Source: the human T2T-CHM13v2.0 reference genome, Homo sapiens. Taken from it: a stretch of 64,000 bases of DNA. The DNA is taken from assembly GCF_009914755.1 (NCBI RefSeq), contig NC_060926.1, one strand, 5' to 3'. Below the pieces are notes generated by a model, which saw only the letters and a program-made list of their open reading frames with translations, was not told where the DNA came from and ran no database searches. Shown here one piece after another: positions 16,368-31,927 of this stretch (the first letter of the stretch is position 1; the number at the start of each line of letters is the position of its first letter). Made by a program: the position numbers and the translations under genes.

Positions 16368-16804
16368 TGTCATAGGTTGTATTCCTCCAGAAGGCACTGA
16401 GACAGTAATTTAACCACAGATAAATCACTCTGGGAGGTGGTTCCAGGATTCACTGGTAGGAAAATCAGTAAGTGAGGAAAGGGAAAGTCCGATTACCACT
16501 GTTTGAAAGTGAATCTCATCTTTGCTGAGGGAACTCAGGAAGACTGTTGTACAATGTAGCTCACAGCTTTCTCATCTATGGGACCAGGAAATGGGTATTT
16601 ATCCTCCCAACCATCGACCATTGGCAGAGGGCTGCTCCCATGAAGGTTATTGCACTGGCACTACCAGCCTGCCCCATATATATGGGCCTAAAGAAAGCCT
16701 TCACAGGGAGAGTCGCGGATGCTTACAGTTGAAAGTCATTAACAAGTATTAGACTAGTGAGTGTCAATGAAGTGTCTGCAGGGCCTCAACAGTGTTTCAT
16801 AACA
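16368..16804 (-). mobile_element. ERVL solo LTR (LTR33-like)
   Basis: TG...CA termini; tgtcataggttgtattcctccagaaggcactgagac...tgggaggtggttccagga resembles recalled LTR33 reverse strand. Confidence 0.65.
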
Positions 16805-17095
16805 CTGTCATGCAATGTAAGTGGGTTTATGATTTGGTATGATGTAATCTTTCTGTATGGCATCTAGGTATTCATCTCTCTGCCTGTATACCAACCTACT
16901 ACCTGTCTCTATCTACATGCTCCTACTATTAGGAAATTATTTAAATTTGTCAATTTGCACCCATTTTATGGTGATATCTTTCTGTTCCTTACACATTATT
17001 TTATTCTGAAATTACAGTCTTGATTTGCTATCTCCTAACCTATACAAATTTATTTTTTCCATATAACTATGGCAATTTGGGGTTCAATTTCTTAA

Positions 17096-17707
<612 letters not shown>

Positions 17708-18122
17708 TAATCTAAAATAATTCTTAATTGTAGCCATTTTATTTTTTAAAATTTGGCATTGAATCATTATTATTTACAAATTATGCTGTATAATAGTAAA
17801 ATAATTTGATACTTCATAAAATCAAATAATTTATCACAAAGTAAATACATTTGCAATGTGTTCAACAAAATAATTTATTGTTCAAAAAGTAAGCAAATAA
17901 TATTTGGCTTGCATCATCTAAATTTTTTGACTTTAGATTATTAGTTATAGAAAGATAGCTGCTTTGTTGTTCTGTAATTGGCTTTTTTCATCTTCTACTT
18001 TTCTTGAGTTCTGTTATTTGTCTTCTCTCCTCTGAGTTTCATTGTTTTCTTGCTCTGTATTATCACAAGTTGCATTTAAATTGACTTTAATTCTTTCTCA
18101 GGCTTTTTGCCAAATAATAGGA

Positions 18123-18158
18123 ATTTTATTTTATTTTATTTTATTTTATTTTATTTTT
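18123..18158. repeat. (ATTTT)n microsatellite
   Basis: About 7 perfect ATTTT units. Confidence 0.95.
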
Positions 18159-18749
18159 GGTATTTATCCCTAGAAGCCTAAGTTCCCTGTTTAAGTTTCA
18201 GGCTTTAATAGAGTTCATTTTTAACTTAGTTCAGTTGATTTCTTATTATATTTATTATTTTCTTATTCATTAGTGTAGCTTTTTCTTACATATATGTCTT
18301 AAAGAATATTTTGCTCCATCTAATTAGTTTGTCTCTCATACTCTTCTTTTTTGAAAACTGTCTTCGTAATTTTCCTAAGTTTCTTAATGTTGGCATAATT
18401 AAAATTCACTTTCTTACTGTTTCTGTTTCCCTGTCTTTTCCTTAAAATCCCAAAATTAATTAACCTGTAATCATGTTAATTGAGCTTATTTCCTTTGGCT
18501 TTGATTGGCATAAGCCCTGGTAAAGCAACACAAAAAAGCAGTATGTGTAAAGGAAACCTGGGGCAATAGAACTGAGAATCCCAATTCTACTTTACTTCCC
18601 TCCCTCTCAATATGTTTCCATACAAATTAAATTACTGAGATATTCAGTTCTAATAAAACATTATTTTGTGTTTTTATGCCTTACCTCTCCAGTAAGAGTA
18701 TAAGAATCTTAAGGGAAAAATGTCTGCTTAGAACTTGTATTTTCTACAA

Positions 18750-18916
18750 CATTGCAACTCAAAGTGTGCACCCAGACATTTGCATTTGGCATTCCCACGA
18801 AACTCGTTAGAAATACAAAATCCCGGGCTCCATCCCAGACACACTGAATCAGAATTTTCATTTTAACAAAATTCTCATGTGAATTGCATTCACAGTATAT
18901 AGATTGAGAAGCAATG
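18750..18916. mobile_element. MER5A/MER5A1 hAT-Charlie MITE
   Basis: ctcaaagtgtg...gttagaaatacaaaatcccgggctccatcccagacacactgaatcagaa...ttgagaagcaatg. Confidence 0.85.
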
Positions 18917-19681
18917 ACATGTAACATACCTTACACTATGATAAACCCTGGGAAAATCATTGTTGTAGTCTTTAGTCATCTCTGAACTAATGAAGGCAGA
19001 CTGTAGTCAAGATCTAACAGTCTTCCTAAAATGACTAAAGTGTTCACCTTCACAATTGCTAAATACTTACATCTAATAAACTTCAGTAACAAAATTAAAT
19101 CTGTAATTTTATTTAAAAGCCTTATATTTTTATCACCAATTTATTTTTAAACTTTCAGTAGTCAAATTTGATGGTGCAGAGTTGAAATATTACCTCACAG
19201 TACTTTTAACTGATGTCTGTATTTTGTGGTCACTTTAATGAATATTTTTGATACTAAATACAAGTTCACTTTCAAATGATGTCAATTACAAAACATGTAT
19301 TGAAGATGCCCTATTTTTCTTAAACATTTTCTTATTTCTTTTATTCTTTATTAGGTCTGGATTGTAAAAGTTTGATAATGGATGTTATCACGAGCAATTT
19401 TGGAATTACATTTTTCTTCTTTCAATCAATATATAGTCTAAATTTAATTTTTAAAATTAAATATAATTTATCATTCGTATAGATTATTTCACTTATTATT
19501 ATGGTCTAATAGTAGAACAATTATGCAAATATTTGCATTATCTAATCTCTATTTTTGCATTGTTTCATTATTTTTTACAAATAGTGTTGTATCAATTACA
19601 AAGGCATTTGTAGGAATATCAGTTTGCTTTCTGTTGCTTATAACAGAATATCTGAAACTGGATAATTTATTCAAGAATTAG

Positions 19682-20156
<475 letters not shown>

Positions 20157-20174
20157 TCTCTTCTTATAAAGCCA

Positions 20175-20683
20175 GGAGTTAGGGATAATAGGGGTTGAGG
20201 GGAGAGAAATTGTAAAGGGATCCTTGTGGTAATGGAAATATTTAGTATCGTCATAGTAGTTATAGGGACATGAACTTACACATGTTAGAAAATTGTTGTG
20301 CTAGTCCGTTTGCACACTGCTATAAAGAACTGCCCGGCACTGGGTAATTTATAAAGGAAGGAGGTTTAATTGATTCATAGTTCTGCATGGCTGGGGAAAG
20401 CTCAGAAAATTTACAATTATGGCAGAATGCAAAAAAGAAGCAACTACCGTCTTCACAAGGTGGCAGGAAAGAGAGGGGAGAGTAGGGAAAACTGCCACTT
20501 ACAAAACCATCAGATCTTGTGAGAACTCAGCATGGGGGAGATGGCCCACATGATCCAATCACCTCCCACTAGGTCCCTCCCTCCACACATGGGGATTACA
20601 GGTGGAGATGAGATTTGACTGGGGACACAGATCCAAATCATATCAATTGTATAGAGCTAAATGTACAAAAACACACACAAATG
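20175..20683 (+). mobile_element. ~155-bp internal L1MC 3'UTR fragment (20175-20296 plus 20651-20683), split by the THE1/MST LTR
   Basis: gggatccttgtggtaatggaaat...gaacttacacatgttagaaaattgt|atagagctaaatgtacaaaaacacacacaaatg; no poly(A) and no TSD. Confidence 0.75.
20297..20645 (-). mobile_element. THE1D/MSTA-type MaLR solo LTR
   Basis: tgtgctagtccg...ataaagaactgcccggcactggg...ggggacacagatccaaatcatatca; perfect 5-bp TSD ATTGT (20292-20296, 20646-20650). Confidence 0.93.
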
Positions 20684-21046
20684 TTCCCTTCTCATAATAA
20701 TGCATTAATCCGTTAACTCATTTAACGATGAATAAATTAATCCGCAAATGAATTAATCACTTCTCAAAGGCCCTACCTTTCAATACTGTCACACTGGGAA
20801 TTAAGTTGCCAACATATGAAATTTGGGGGACACATTCAGACCACAGCACCATTATCTTTAAATTATTTAGCATACATAGTCTCTTAGCAGTTGTTATGCC
20901 AATCTATTTCTCCATAGCTATTTTAGAGTGAGTAGCTATTCCTCCATAGCTATTTTAGAGTATGAATTGTTTTGTACATAAAATTAATAGCTTTTAAGTC
21001 ATTTTTTATTTCATTTTACTCTTGCAATAATAGCAATTACTTTTTA

Positions 21047-21718
21047 AGAATTTTATTTTTATTGAAATTGTATTAAGATTATGGATTCACATGCAATTGT
21101 AAGAAGTAAAACAGAGATCCCATCTATCCTTTAATTCATTTCCCCTAATGGTAACATTTTGCAAAATTATTTTACAATATCATAACCAGGATATTGACAT
21201 TGATACCATCCACCAATCTTATTCAACTCTCCCAGTTTTACTAATATTGTATGTGCATAGGTGTGTGTATGTACATTTAGCTCCATATAATTTTATCATG
21301 TGTGTAGGTTCAGGTGTCTACCATCATTGTAAAGATACTGGAGAGCTCCATTTCCACAAGTGTCCCTTTGCAATCTTCCCCTCAACCCCTGCTGTCCCTA
21401 ACCCCAGTCTGTTCATTTCTAACATTTCATCATTTCAAAATGTCACATAAATAGAATCAAACAATATGATACCATTTGGGGATGCCTTTTTTTTTCACTC
21501 AACATATTTATTTGAAGGTCCATTCAAGTTGTTGAACGTATCTACAGTCTGTTGCTTTTTATTGCTGTATAGCATTGCATGGTATGGATGTACCACAGCT
21601 TGTTTAACCATTCATCTGTGGAATGACCTCTGGGGCATTTCCAGATTTGAGCTGTTACAAATAAAGCTGCTATGAATATTTTTGTACAGTTTTTGTGTGA
21701 ACATATGTTTTAATCTCT
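21047..21718 (-). mobile_element. L1MC (L1MC2/3-like) 3' end, 5'-truncated
   Basis: gattcacatgcaattgtaagaag, aaccaggatattgacattgatac, gtatggatgtaccacag, acaaataaagctgctatgaatatt. Confidence 0.8.
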
Positions 21719-22538
21719 TAAGTTTTAATTTAATTTTTACTTCATTTGACTGATAATTCCGACATGTAAAACACATAAGAATATTTTCACTTCAAGTTAA
21801 ACCTATATTTTAAAATGGATGATCAAATAATACTAATAATAATTCTGAAACATGCTATGTCCATATTACTGATTAAATTGATTACCTAAGTTGGCAAGCA
21901 GTGTGATTACATTATCACAATTTTGTACAAATTCTATTTTTAATATAACTTTGGCTATTTAAACTTTTAAAGGTCAAGACTAAAACTGAACTGAATAACA
22001 GTTTTGCCAAATATATCAGCCAAATCTTAATGCATTGTTATTGCCTAGAACAAGCCTAACAGATAATTTTACTGAATTAAATAGTTGTCACCATTCACTT
22101 GTTAATAATTAATCCAGATTTCATGCTCAAAGTGGTGAATTATGAAGAAAAAAATGCATCTGTTACATGACAGGAACTTTACAAACTTTGACTAAATTAT
22201 GTGTGTGTGTGTGTATGTATGTCTGTATCTGTGTATTATCCTTCTATATTTAACTCATCCATTACTATCCATTTTATTAAATTAGTATTAAATACTTATC
22301 AAAGGCAGAAGCAGAACTAATGCTTAAAATTTAAAGATTAAATAATATAATCTTCACTTTCAAATGCCTCATTGTTTAGAGTCTATATGGCTGAAACAAA
22401 AAGTTCCATGTTGTAATTATGACTAAATATTATGCTGATGGATAGACAGCAGTAGATAATTTTAAATAACTTATAATAATACAGAGAAAAAATTATTTTA
22501 CCACAGAGTATCAGAATTCCTTTGTGTGTGCATTATAT

Positions 22539-22576
<38 letters not shown>
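22539..22576. repeat. Compound (TA)7(GA)12 microsatellite
   Basis: Directly visible. Confidence 0.95.
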
Positions 22577-23962
22577 TAAAAAGGGGGTGGAGAGAGAGAG
22601 AGACCCAACTTTATTAAAATGCTTCTATTTTTCTGGATATGTCACATTTGAGATATTGATTTGCATTTTAATTCTTTCTTATTTTCTTCCCCATGTAGGT
22701 AGGTGACATTCTTCACTAATGTCCTCAGTTTTGTGTCAGGGCTGAAACCAGAGATATCTGCAACATTTTTACTAGCTTTGCTTTTTTAAAGTTTATATAT
22801 TCTTAGGAAAATGTAGGTTTGCCCAAATGGCAGAAAAAAGGAAGAAGATTCCTGGGTAGAGACTGAGTCTGTGAAGAAACAAGAGGGTGAAAAAGTGAGT
22901 AAAGCTTCTTCCCAACACTGAAATAAATTCTGCGTGGGAGGAGAAATATAGAGAGACCTATGTTTCCTTGAGTTACATGTCTCGAGGGCTGCTTTCTAGT
23001 GGGATCCCCAAAGCTGTGAGAAACTGTGGAACATGATTTCTCCCTGGTACACCTAGGCAGACAGGGTTACAGTCTACTTCATAAGATTTATTTCACTCAC
23101 ATATCAGAGTACTATTGATCCTGAACAGTCATTGGGATAGGGATGAGGGACATCTCAGAGACATGTTGAACTACCTCACTAATATGGTGTAAGACTTTGA
23201 CTTTTGGCATAATCTAGACAAGAGATACCTCTGGAATGATGGAGATTTATATTTCCTCCCATTTGGGAGATTAAGGCTCAAAAATAAATAAATAAAACAG
23301 AAAGATAAGCAATGGTTTGTTTGAACTTGAGTTTGTGGTTTGAAAGTCATACTCACTCACAGGGTCACACTGGGGTAGAAACAAGCTTCTCTGACCTGGG
23401 TATTGGTCTGAGGCTCAGGGTGTTTAGGGAAGCAGCAGTGCTCTTTTCAATGAATAAGAGGGAGGGGGTGATAGAGACAACCATAGCTCCCAGGAAGGGG
23501 CAAAAGAGAGGAAAAGCCGAGTTTGGCTACACAGAGGCAGAGGAAGAATGAAATGTCTTAAGAGGACATGGTAATGTGTGTGTTGTAAATATCTCCTCCT
23601 CTCCCTTAAGAAATCTTTAAAACTAAAACTGAAAATCCTCCAAAGGTGAATTTGATAGGATTTAAAAATAAAACCGTGGAGGGTTGATGTTTGCATAGTG
23701 ATTTCAATGAGCTAGACAGAAAGGCTGTGAGGATGAGAACACCTGACATCTGGCTTACAAACTGATTATTAAGGTAGCTAAAACTCAAGTTTGTCATGCT
23801 CTCAGTATCAGATATATAATTAGAAAGCAGAGTTTGTGTTTATCTGGGCAAAAGAAAAAAATGTTTACCAGACCACATCAACCTTTCTCTCTTTAAAATC
23901 CAAGTAATCAAAAAATACGAATGTACATTTTGTATATATACACACACATATAAACAGTATGT

Positions 23963-23963
<1 letters not shown>

Positions 23964-23994
<31 letters not shown>

Positions 23995-24002
23995 CACACA
24001 CA
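23964..24002. repeat. Compound (TG)n(TA)9(CA)4 microsatellite
   Basis: Directly visible; alternating purine-pyrimidine. Confidence 0.95.
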
Positions 24003-27000
24003 ATACACATTTTGAAATAAATTTTTGTTCTGTTTATTGCTGATTTTATTTTCTACAGCATTGACTTTATGCAAATGGCTATATGCTATAGACTTTTTAA
24101 GATGGAACTAAGGTAATAAAGTAGCTATGTATTTTGGTAGTCACTGCTAGAATGATCTATGGAGTCTTGTATCACTGAGCACCTACTGGGCCCTTTGATT
24201 ATATGCAATGATATTAAAAAAACTGCAATATTTTTCACAGTGAGTTCATTGGAGACAAGCCTTACTATAGATTTCATAGTATTATTATTTGTGTTATAAA
24301 CAAGAAAAATCCCATATAAAAGCCCATATTGTGTTACTGAGGTTTCTCTCTGGGCTCAGAAATAAAAGGAAAAGAACATGTACATTTCCTATGCTGCAGT
24401 ATCTAGTTATACTGGTCTTGTTTTTTCTCCATTCATCACCTGGAGAGTTTGACATTTATAGTTTGCTAGTGAGTGAGTTTTAGAGCAGAGAGATGGGTCA
24501 CTTTGATGCTAATATCCGCAGAGACTATAATATTAACACCAATAAGAGTTGTTAGATGATCTTGACAAACTCCTTCTTAGTTCCTTGTTTTTACTTTTCC
24601 TAGAAACACCTGGATGCTGAGAGACTTGTACCATAGAAGTCTGAAATCAGGTAGTTACCCTAGGTTTTATGTCCAGGCATCTTAATTTCACAGTCACACG
24701 TTTCACATTACAGTCATGTGATGGAAGGTTGAAATGAGAAAGAGACTTCTGGGTTTGACTTGAGACAAAGGTTTGCTCACTGATGCCCCCCAGTAAAGAC
24801 TCTTCCATTGTATAACTATCTCCCTTGTCATTTACAAATGTTCAAACTTGACCTTAGATAAAAAATCTTGTCCATTCCCTAATTTTACAAAATGGCATGA
24901 AAATTTTTGTCTGACTGGAAGTTGAGGTGGGGAGTCAAGAAGCTAAATTGAAAGGGAAAGCAATAGTAGAAGGGTGTTAGATAAATTATTAGGAGAGATA
25001 TTCAATATTGGCATTTTCTACGGGGAGGAAAAATATGGAAAATATGGAGCAGGAAATAAAGCATGTGCTATCTAAGTCTCCTAGTCAACTGACATTGTCC
25101 ACTTTATCAGGTGTTTATTGAACTTCCACTGAATGTACACTGAACTTAGAACCCAACCATAAACAGTTAAAATATTGTCAGCAAAATGAAACATTCATGG
25201 CTAAAAGAAGGTTGATAGTTATTAATTTCATATAATTACAAAGTAAAAGCAGTGACAGAAATAATGAATTCATAGGACTTCAGAGGAGGAGAGGGTGTTT
25301 GGGAGTATGTGCGTATCAGCCTTATTTCTCCACTGGGGAGCAAAATACAGAACAGCCTTTTGTACAGCCAGAGTTAGTAGTCTTCAAGTGGAGGCAAAAA
25401 CTTTCAAGGTCGTTTTTCCCATAGAAAAATGGAATATTACCATATGTTCTTGAAAATGGGAAAAAATAATGAAAGAAATGTCACTTTCGGAAGATTGATC
25501 TGGAAAGACTGCAGGCATCATACAGAGTAAGTTAGCCAGTTTTGGTAGACCATGACAAATAAGCGAGAGAAAATATTGTTTTGATTATCTTTGCTTGCTA
25601 GTAAAAAGAAAAGCTATTCCTGTGTTATGGCCTCATTGCTGAATGCTAACCTTCACTTTACCCTGAGCTGAAAACCACCTTTGGAATCTGCATGACCTCT
25701 ACTAACTAGAGCTCCCAGACTGGGCAGTGGTACAGAAGCTTCTGTCTGCATGAACTCCTGGGCCTTACAAACAGCCTAAGACACCTGGAATAATCTGCCC
25801 AGAGCCACAACAAGGCATCCATGTATCAAGTATATGTGTTAAGTCCTTAGGCTAGACCACCATTTTATTTATGGTCTCCTAAGAATATGCACATCTCTAT
25901 CAGATGTTGAGGTTTTATTGTTGTGTTTTTATTGCTGTGTTTTTCTAAACTCCATTTATCAAGTGAATTTTAATGCCTATTTTTAATTATTAGATGTTCA
26001 CTCTGATATGCCACTGCCTCTGTATTCAAGTCCTGTCTCTTTTCAGGACACTAACTCTGACCCTTGGTTGTGCAACCTTCTTTCTGATCTAATTCCTTAC
26101 GGACTTGCATTGGCTCTAATTAAGGCGTAACCCTGCTTCCTCATTCCAGTTTTGCATGAGATCATTAGCTCTGAACTTGCCTTTGCCCTTCAGAGATGTG
26201 CTATTTTCACATTCACTCCTTCTGAACATAACTAATTCCATGCCGTAGCTCTTGGCTTGTGTGCCATGTCATCCACTCTCCTTTGGATATTCTCTGCTGA
26301 TTTTGCACCCTATCTTCTTTGAACCCCACCAAACGGCTTGGTGTCGTTTGACCACTGGCTCGTGGCCATCTTTACTTCTGCAAATGCTTTGTTTTTGTTG
26401 TTGTTTCTGGGGTTTTGTTTGCTTGTTTCTTTGAAAGTTCTTTCCGTACCCTTATTATTGTGGGTCGTTGAAACATGTCAAAAATCATTTCAAAATCTAC
26501 TGATTACAAAAAGTATTTTTGTCTGTTTACTTAACACTATTATGCATTTTATGTAACTTCATTATTTTATTAACATTCTAGACAGATTTAGAGTACACAT
26601 TTGCACTCATTTCTAACCCAATTTATTCCAAAATTCATTTAAATACTTATATATACAGCACAGTGAAATTAGGAAAAATTATAAAAATAAAAATTAGGGG
26701 CACAAATTAATATGAATATTACTGTCTTAAACTTTTGGCTGGAGATCAGACACACAGAAAAATAAGCAAAAGAGAAATGTATCAGCAATCAGAATCAATT
26801 TCTAAAAACAAATTATTTCATCCTGAGACCAGACAGACATTCACGTATGAATCTCCCATAGAGAAAACAGTATGTAGTATAAGGGTAAATATCTTTAAAA
26901 TACCTTTACAGTAATCATCTACAAATTCTAAATAAACAACATAATTAAACCTTATGCCTGTCATATGTTTGTTTAATCTTGTAGGTAGATCGAATGGATA

Positions 27001-28079
27001 CTTTCATTTCAGAAAATATATTTAATAATTTATTAAATTATATATTTTATTTAAGGAATTAATAATAAAACATTCTTTTTATTTCAATAATTTTAAAATA
27101 AAACTTCAAAACTGAACTACCAAGTCTGAATCCAGTCCAACTCTGAGCTGAAGAAAACAAAAAATGAAAATGTAAAATATAAAGCAGGCAAAGCTAACTC
27201 TTAAAAAAAAGTTTTCCAAGATCAGTATTAATGGTTTCCCCTTTGCAGAAATTATTTCTTTTCCTTTGGCTGATTCACTAAGTCTGAGTTAGAAGAACCA
27301 ATAATGTAATAGACTGGTCCAGCGAAAAAGTCAGCTGTATAAGGAAGAGAACTGACTATCCAGGAAAAAACGGTAACTTCATTGGTCAGCTTCTCTAACA
27401 GTTTTCTTAGTTCCTGTGGGCTTCTAGGCTTCTGATTGTCTGTGATGTTGAAAGCCAACAACTGGTGTTTTATTAGAAGCCAAAGCTGGAGAAGTATCTT
27501 GAGATACCTCACACACATACACATACACACACGCACTTTCCATTTTCTTTCTTATAGAACATATCAGGAATAGATCAGGAAGAAATCTTCCACTTCCACC
27601 CACAGGAGTTGTGCAATGAAGTTCTATGTTTGAATCTATAAACAATCCAATGCCTTTCTAAAAACTATTTTAGGTACTCTTAAAAATCTCAAAATTTGAA
27701 TTATCATTTCAGTCAGATCAAATATTCAAGTCTCAAAATCTACATTTTTTTTTCTAATGTAGTTCTTAGCTACCACATTGCTTTCTTTTATCACAAATGT
27801 AAAATTAAGACACACAATTGTCCAAATTGATCATTTAGTCCCAGGTATGGAAAGACATCCTGAAAATCAGGATATGACTTACCCAGATTAATAGAATGGT
27901 AAATGGGAGAATCAAACAGCCAGAAATGAGGCTCCATATTGTTTCTCTCTTCCCTAGAAACATTACCCAAAATTTGACTTTTAGATCAATCTCTAAAGAA
28001 TATTTCTTTAAAAAAAAAAAAAAAGAAGAAGAAGATTTCTGTGCTTATTCACTCATTCATTCGTCACTTCCTGTGTCTT

Positions 28080-28626
28080 CCCATCCAGCCCTTGCTCAAA
28101 TCCAGTCTTTCCAGGGATCTACAAAGTACTGCTTGACCACTGCCCACTACTTCTGTGATATGTACCCCCTGAGCTGCCTTTGTTCACTCACTCCAGCCAC
28201 ACTTGCTTCCTCTCAGTTCTGTGAACATGCTGGACACGATCCTATCTCTCAATGTCATAACACTTGTTGTTATTTTTGTCTAAAACACCCATTTCCAAAT
28301 ATGCTCATGTCTTGCTTCCTCACTTCATCATTTCTTGCCTAAATATCACCTAGTCAGAGAAGTGTTCCTGCTACTCTACAGAAATGACAACTCCCTTGTT
28401 GCTGATGATCAGTTTTTATTCCTCTTAGCTCGTTTCATTTTTCTTCATAGTTCTTCTCACTACTGGAAAAAATGTATATTTATTGGTTTATTGTCATCAT
28501 TCCTGATAGAATCCAAGACTCTTAAGAAAAGGAGCTTCATTGTTTTTTTTCACTGCAGATTCTCAGTGTCTAAAGGCAGAGCTTCACTTATAGTAGGTTT
28601 TCATCAAGGATTTCTCGAGTGAATAA
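28080..28626 (+). mobile_element. L2 (L2a-like) 3' end
   Basis: aaatatcacctagtcagagaag, tttattggtttattgtc, ttttttcactgcagattctcagtgtctaaagg...tagtaggttttcatc...gagtgaataa. Confidence 0.75.
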
Positions 28627-28627
28627 T

Positions 28628-29640
28628 TTATTGATTCATATATTTAATTGGTATTGAATACTTACTGTGTGTCAGTTTTTGTGTTATGCAGGAAGAGAAA
28701 ATAAAGCAGATGCGGGCTCCACCATCAAGTAAGGTTGAAGGATTCAGGGGGACAGACACTGGACATGTTAAAACACACATGAAAATACAACAAAAATGAA
28801 ACAAAAGAACTGGTTGCTATGGGCAAACTTACTAGAGTGTGGTCTAGGTTACATTGAAATCAAAGAAGAGGTCTCCAAGGATATGACATTTAAGTTCATA
28901 CCTAGATAAAGTGGAGAACAAAATGTTGCAAAGAGTGAGGATAAGAATGCTCCCTGCAGAGAGGAATAGAACTTACAAAGTTAGAGGAAGAAAAAAGAAG
29001 GCTATTTTCACTGTACTGCCGGCAGTTAAATAATAAGTGTAGAACTCAGAAGAGATATCTGAGTTCTATATAGATTTGCAAGTAATTAGCATAAAACTGG
29101 TTTGTAAAACTCTGAAAATGGATGAATTCCCCTATGGAGAGATTATGGAGAGAGTAAGTCCAGACCAAGGCTGAGGAAGTCCAACATTTAGTAATTAGGG
29201 AGTGAAATGTGAAAAAGAGGAGACTGCAAAGAAACAGTTGGAGAAGATGAAAGACAGAATAACTAATACTATGGAAGGCAATGAGAGAAAGGATCTCAGA
29301 AGATACTATCTGGCTCCTTTGAACAACTGAGAGGCCCCCCAAAAAAGACTTAAAATTGGCCATGGCTATGACAGCACAGAGGCTATTGTTGCTTTCCCCC
29401 ATGAGATTTTTGCAGTGTCATGGAGAAGAAATACACGTTGCTGAGAGAATGAGAAAATGGAAGGGGAAGAAGTGGAGGCTGTGTGTATGTAAAATGTGTT
29501 CCAGGAGTTGAATTATGATGAAAAGCTAGCAAATTAGGGGGAGAAGTGGAAGAGAAAGGGATGTATGATAAGGGGAACATTTGCGTTAAGAGGCAGCTAT
29601 TAGAGTGTGCTTCATTGTCAAACTGAAGAACAATATAAAG
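28628..29640 (-). mobile_element. L2 (L2b/c-like) 3' portion, tail-to-tail with the preceding L2
   Basis: attcatatatt...tattgaatacttactgtgtgtcag, gatatgacatttaagtt, gtccaacattta, tggaaggcaatgagagaaagg; purine-rich L2 antisense character. Confidence 0.65.
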
Positions 29641-29794
29641 GAGGAGACATTTCTTTATTTAAAAATGTATGTGCCTACCAAATTCTGCTGTGAATTTCAA
29701 GAAATTCATGAATTTCATTAAACCCTTTCAGAATTCATGGGTCCAAGTTTAACAGCAGCTGTGCTAACATGTACTTATTCAATTTTTTTAAAAA

Positions 29795-31927
<2,133 letters not shown>

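Noticed and set aside
27252-27536. 94-aa ORF with protein-like middle (PRSPQELRKLLEKLTNEV)
   Set aside because: Starts within a (TG)n tract, has no recognisable homology and no convincing splice signals on that strand
27896-29402. Several ORFs of 95-148 aa
   Set aside because: They overlie decayed L2 sequence and a poly(A) run; no intact L2 RT motifs
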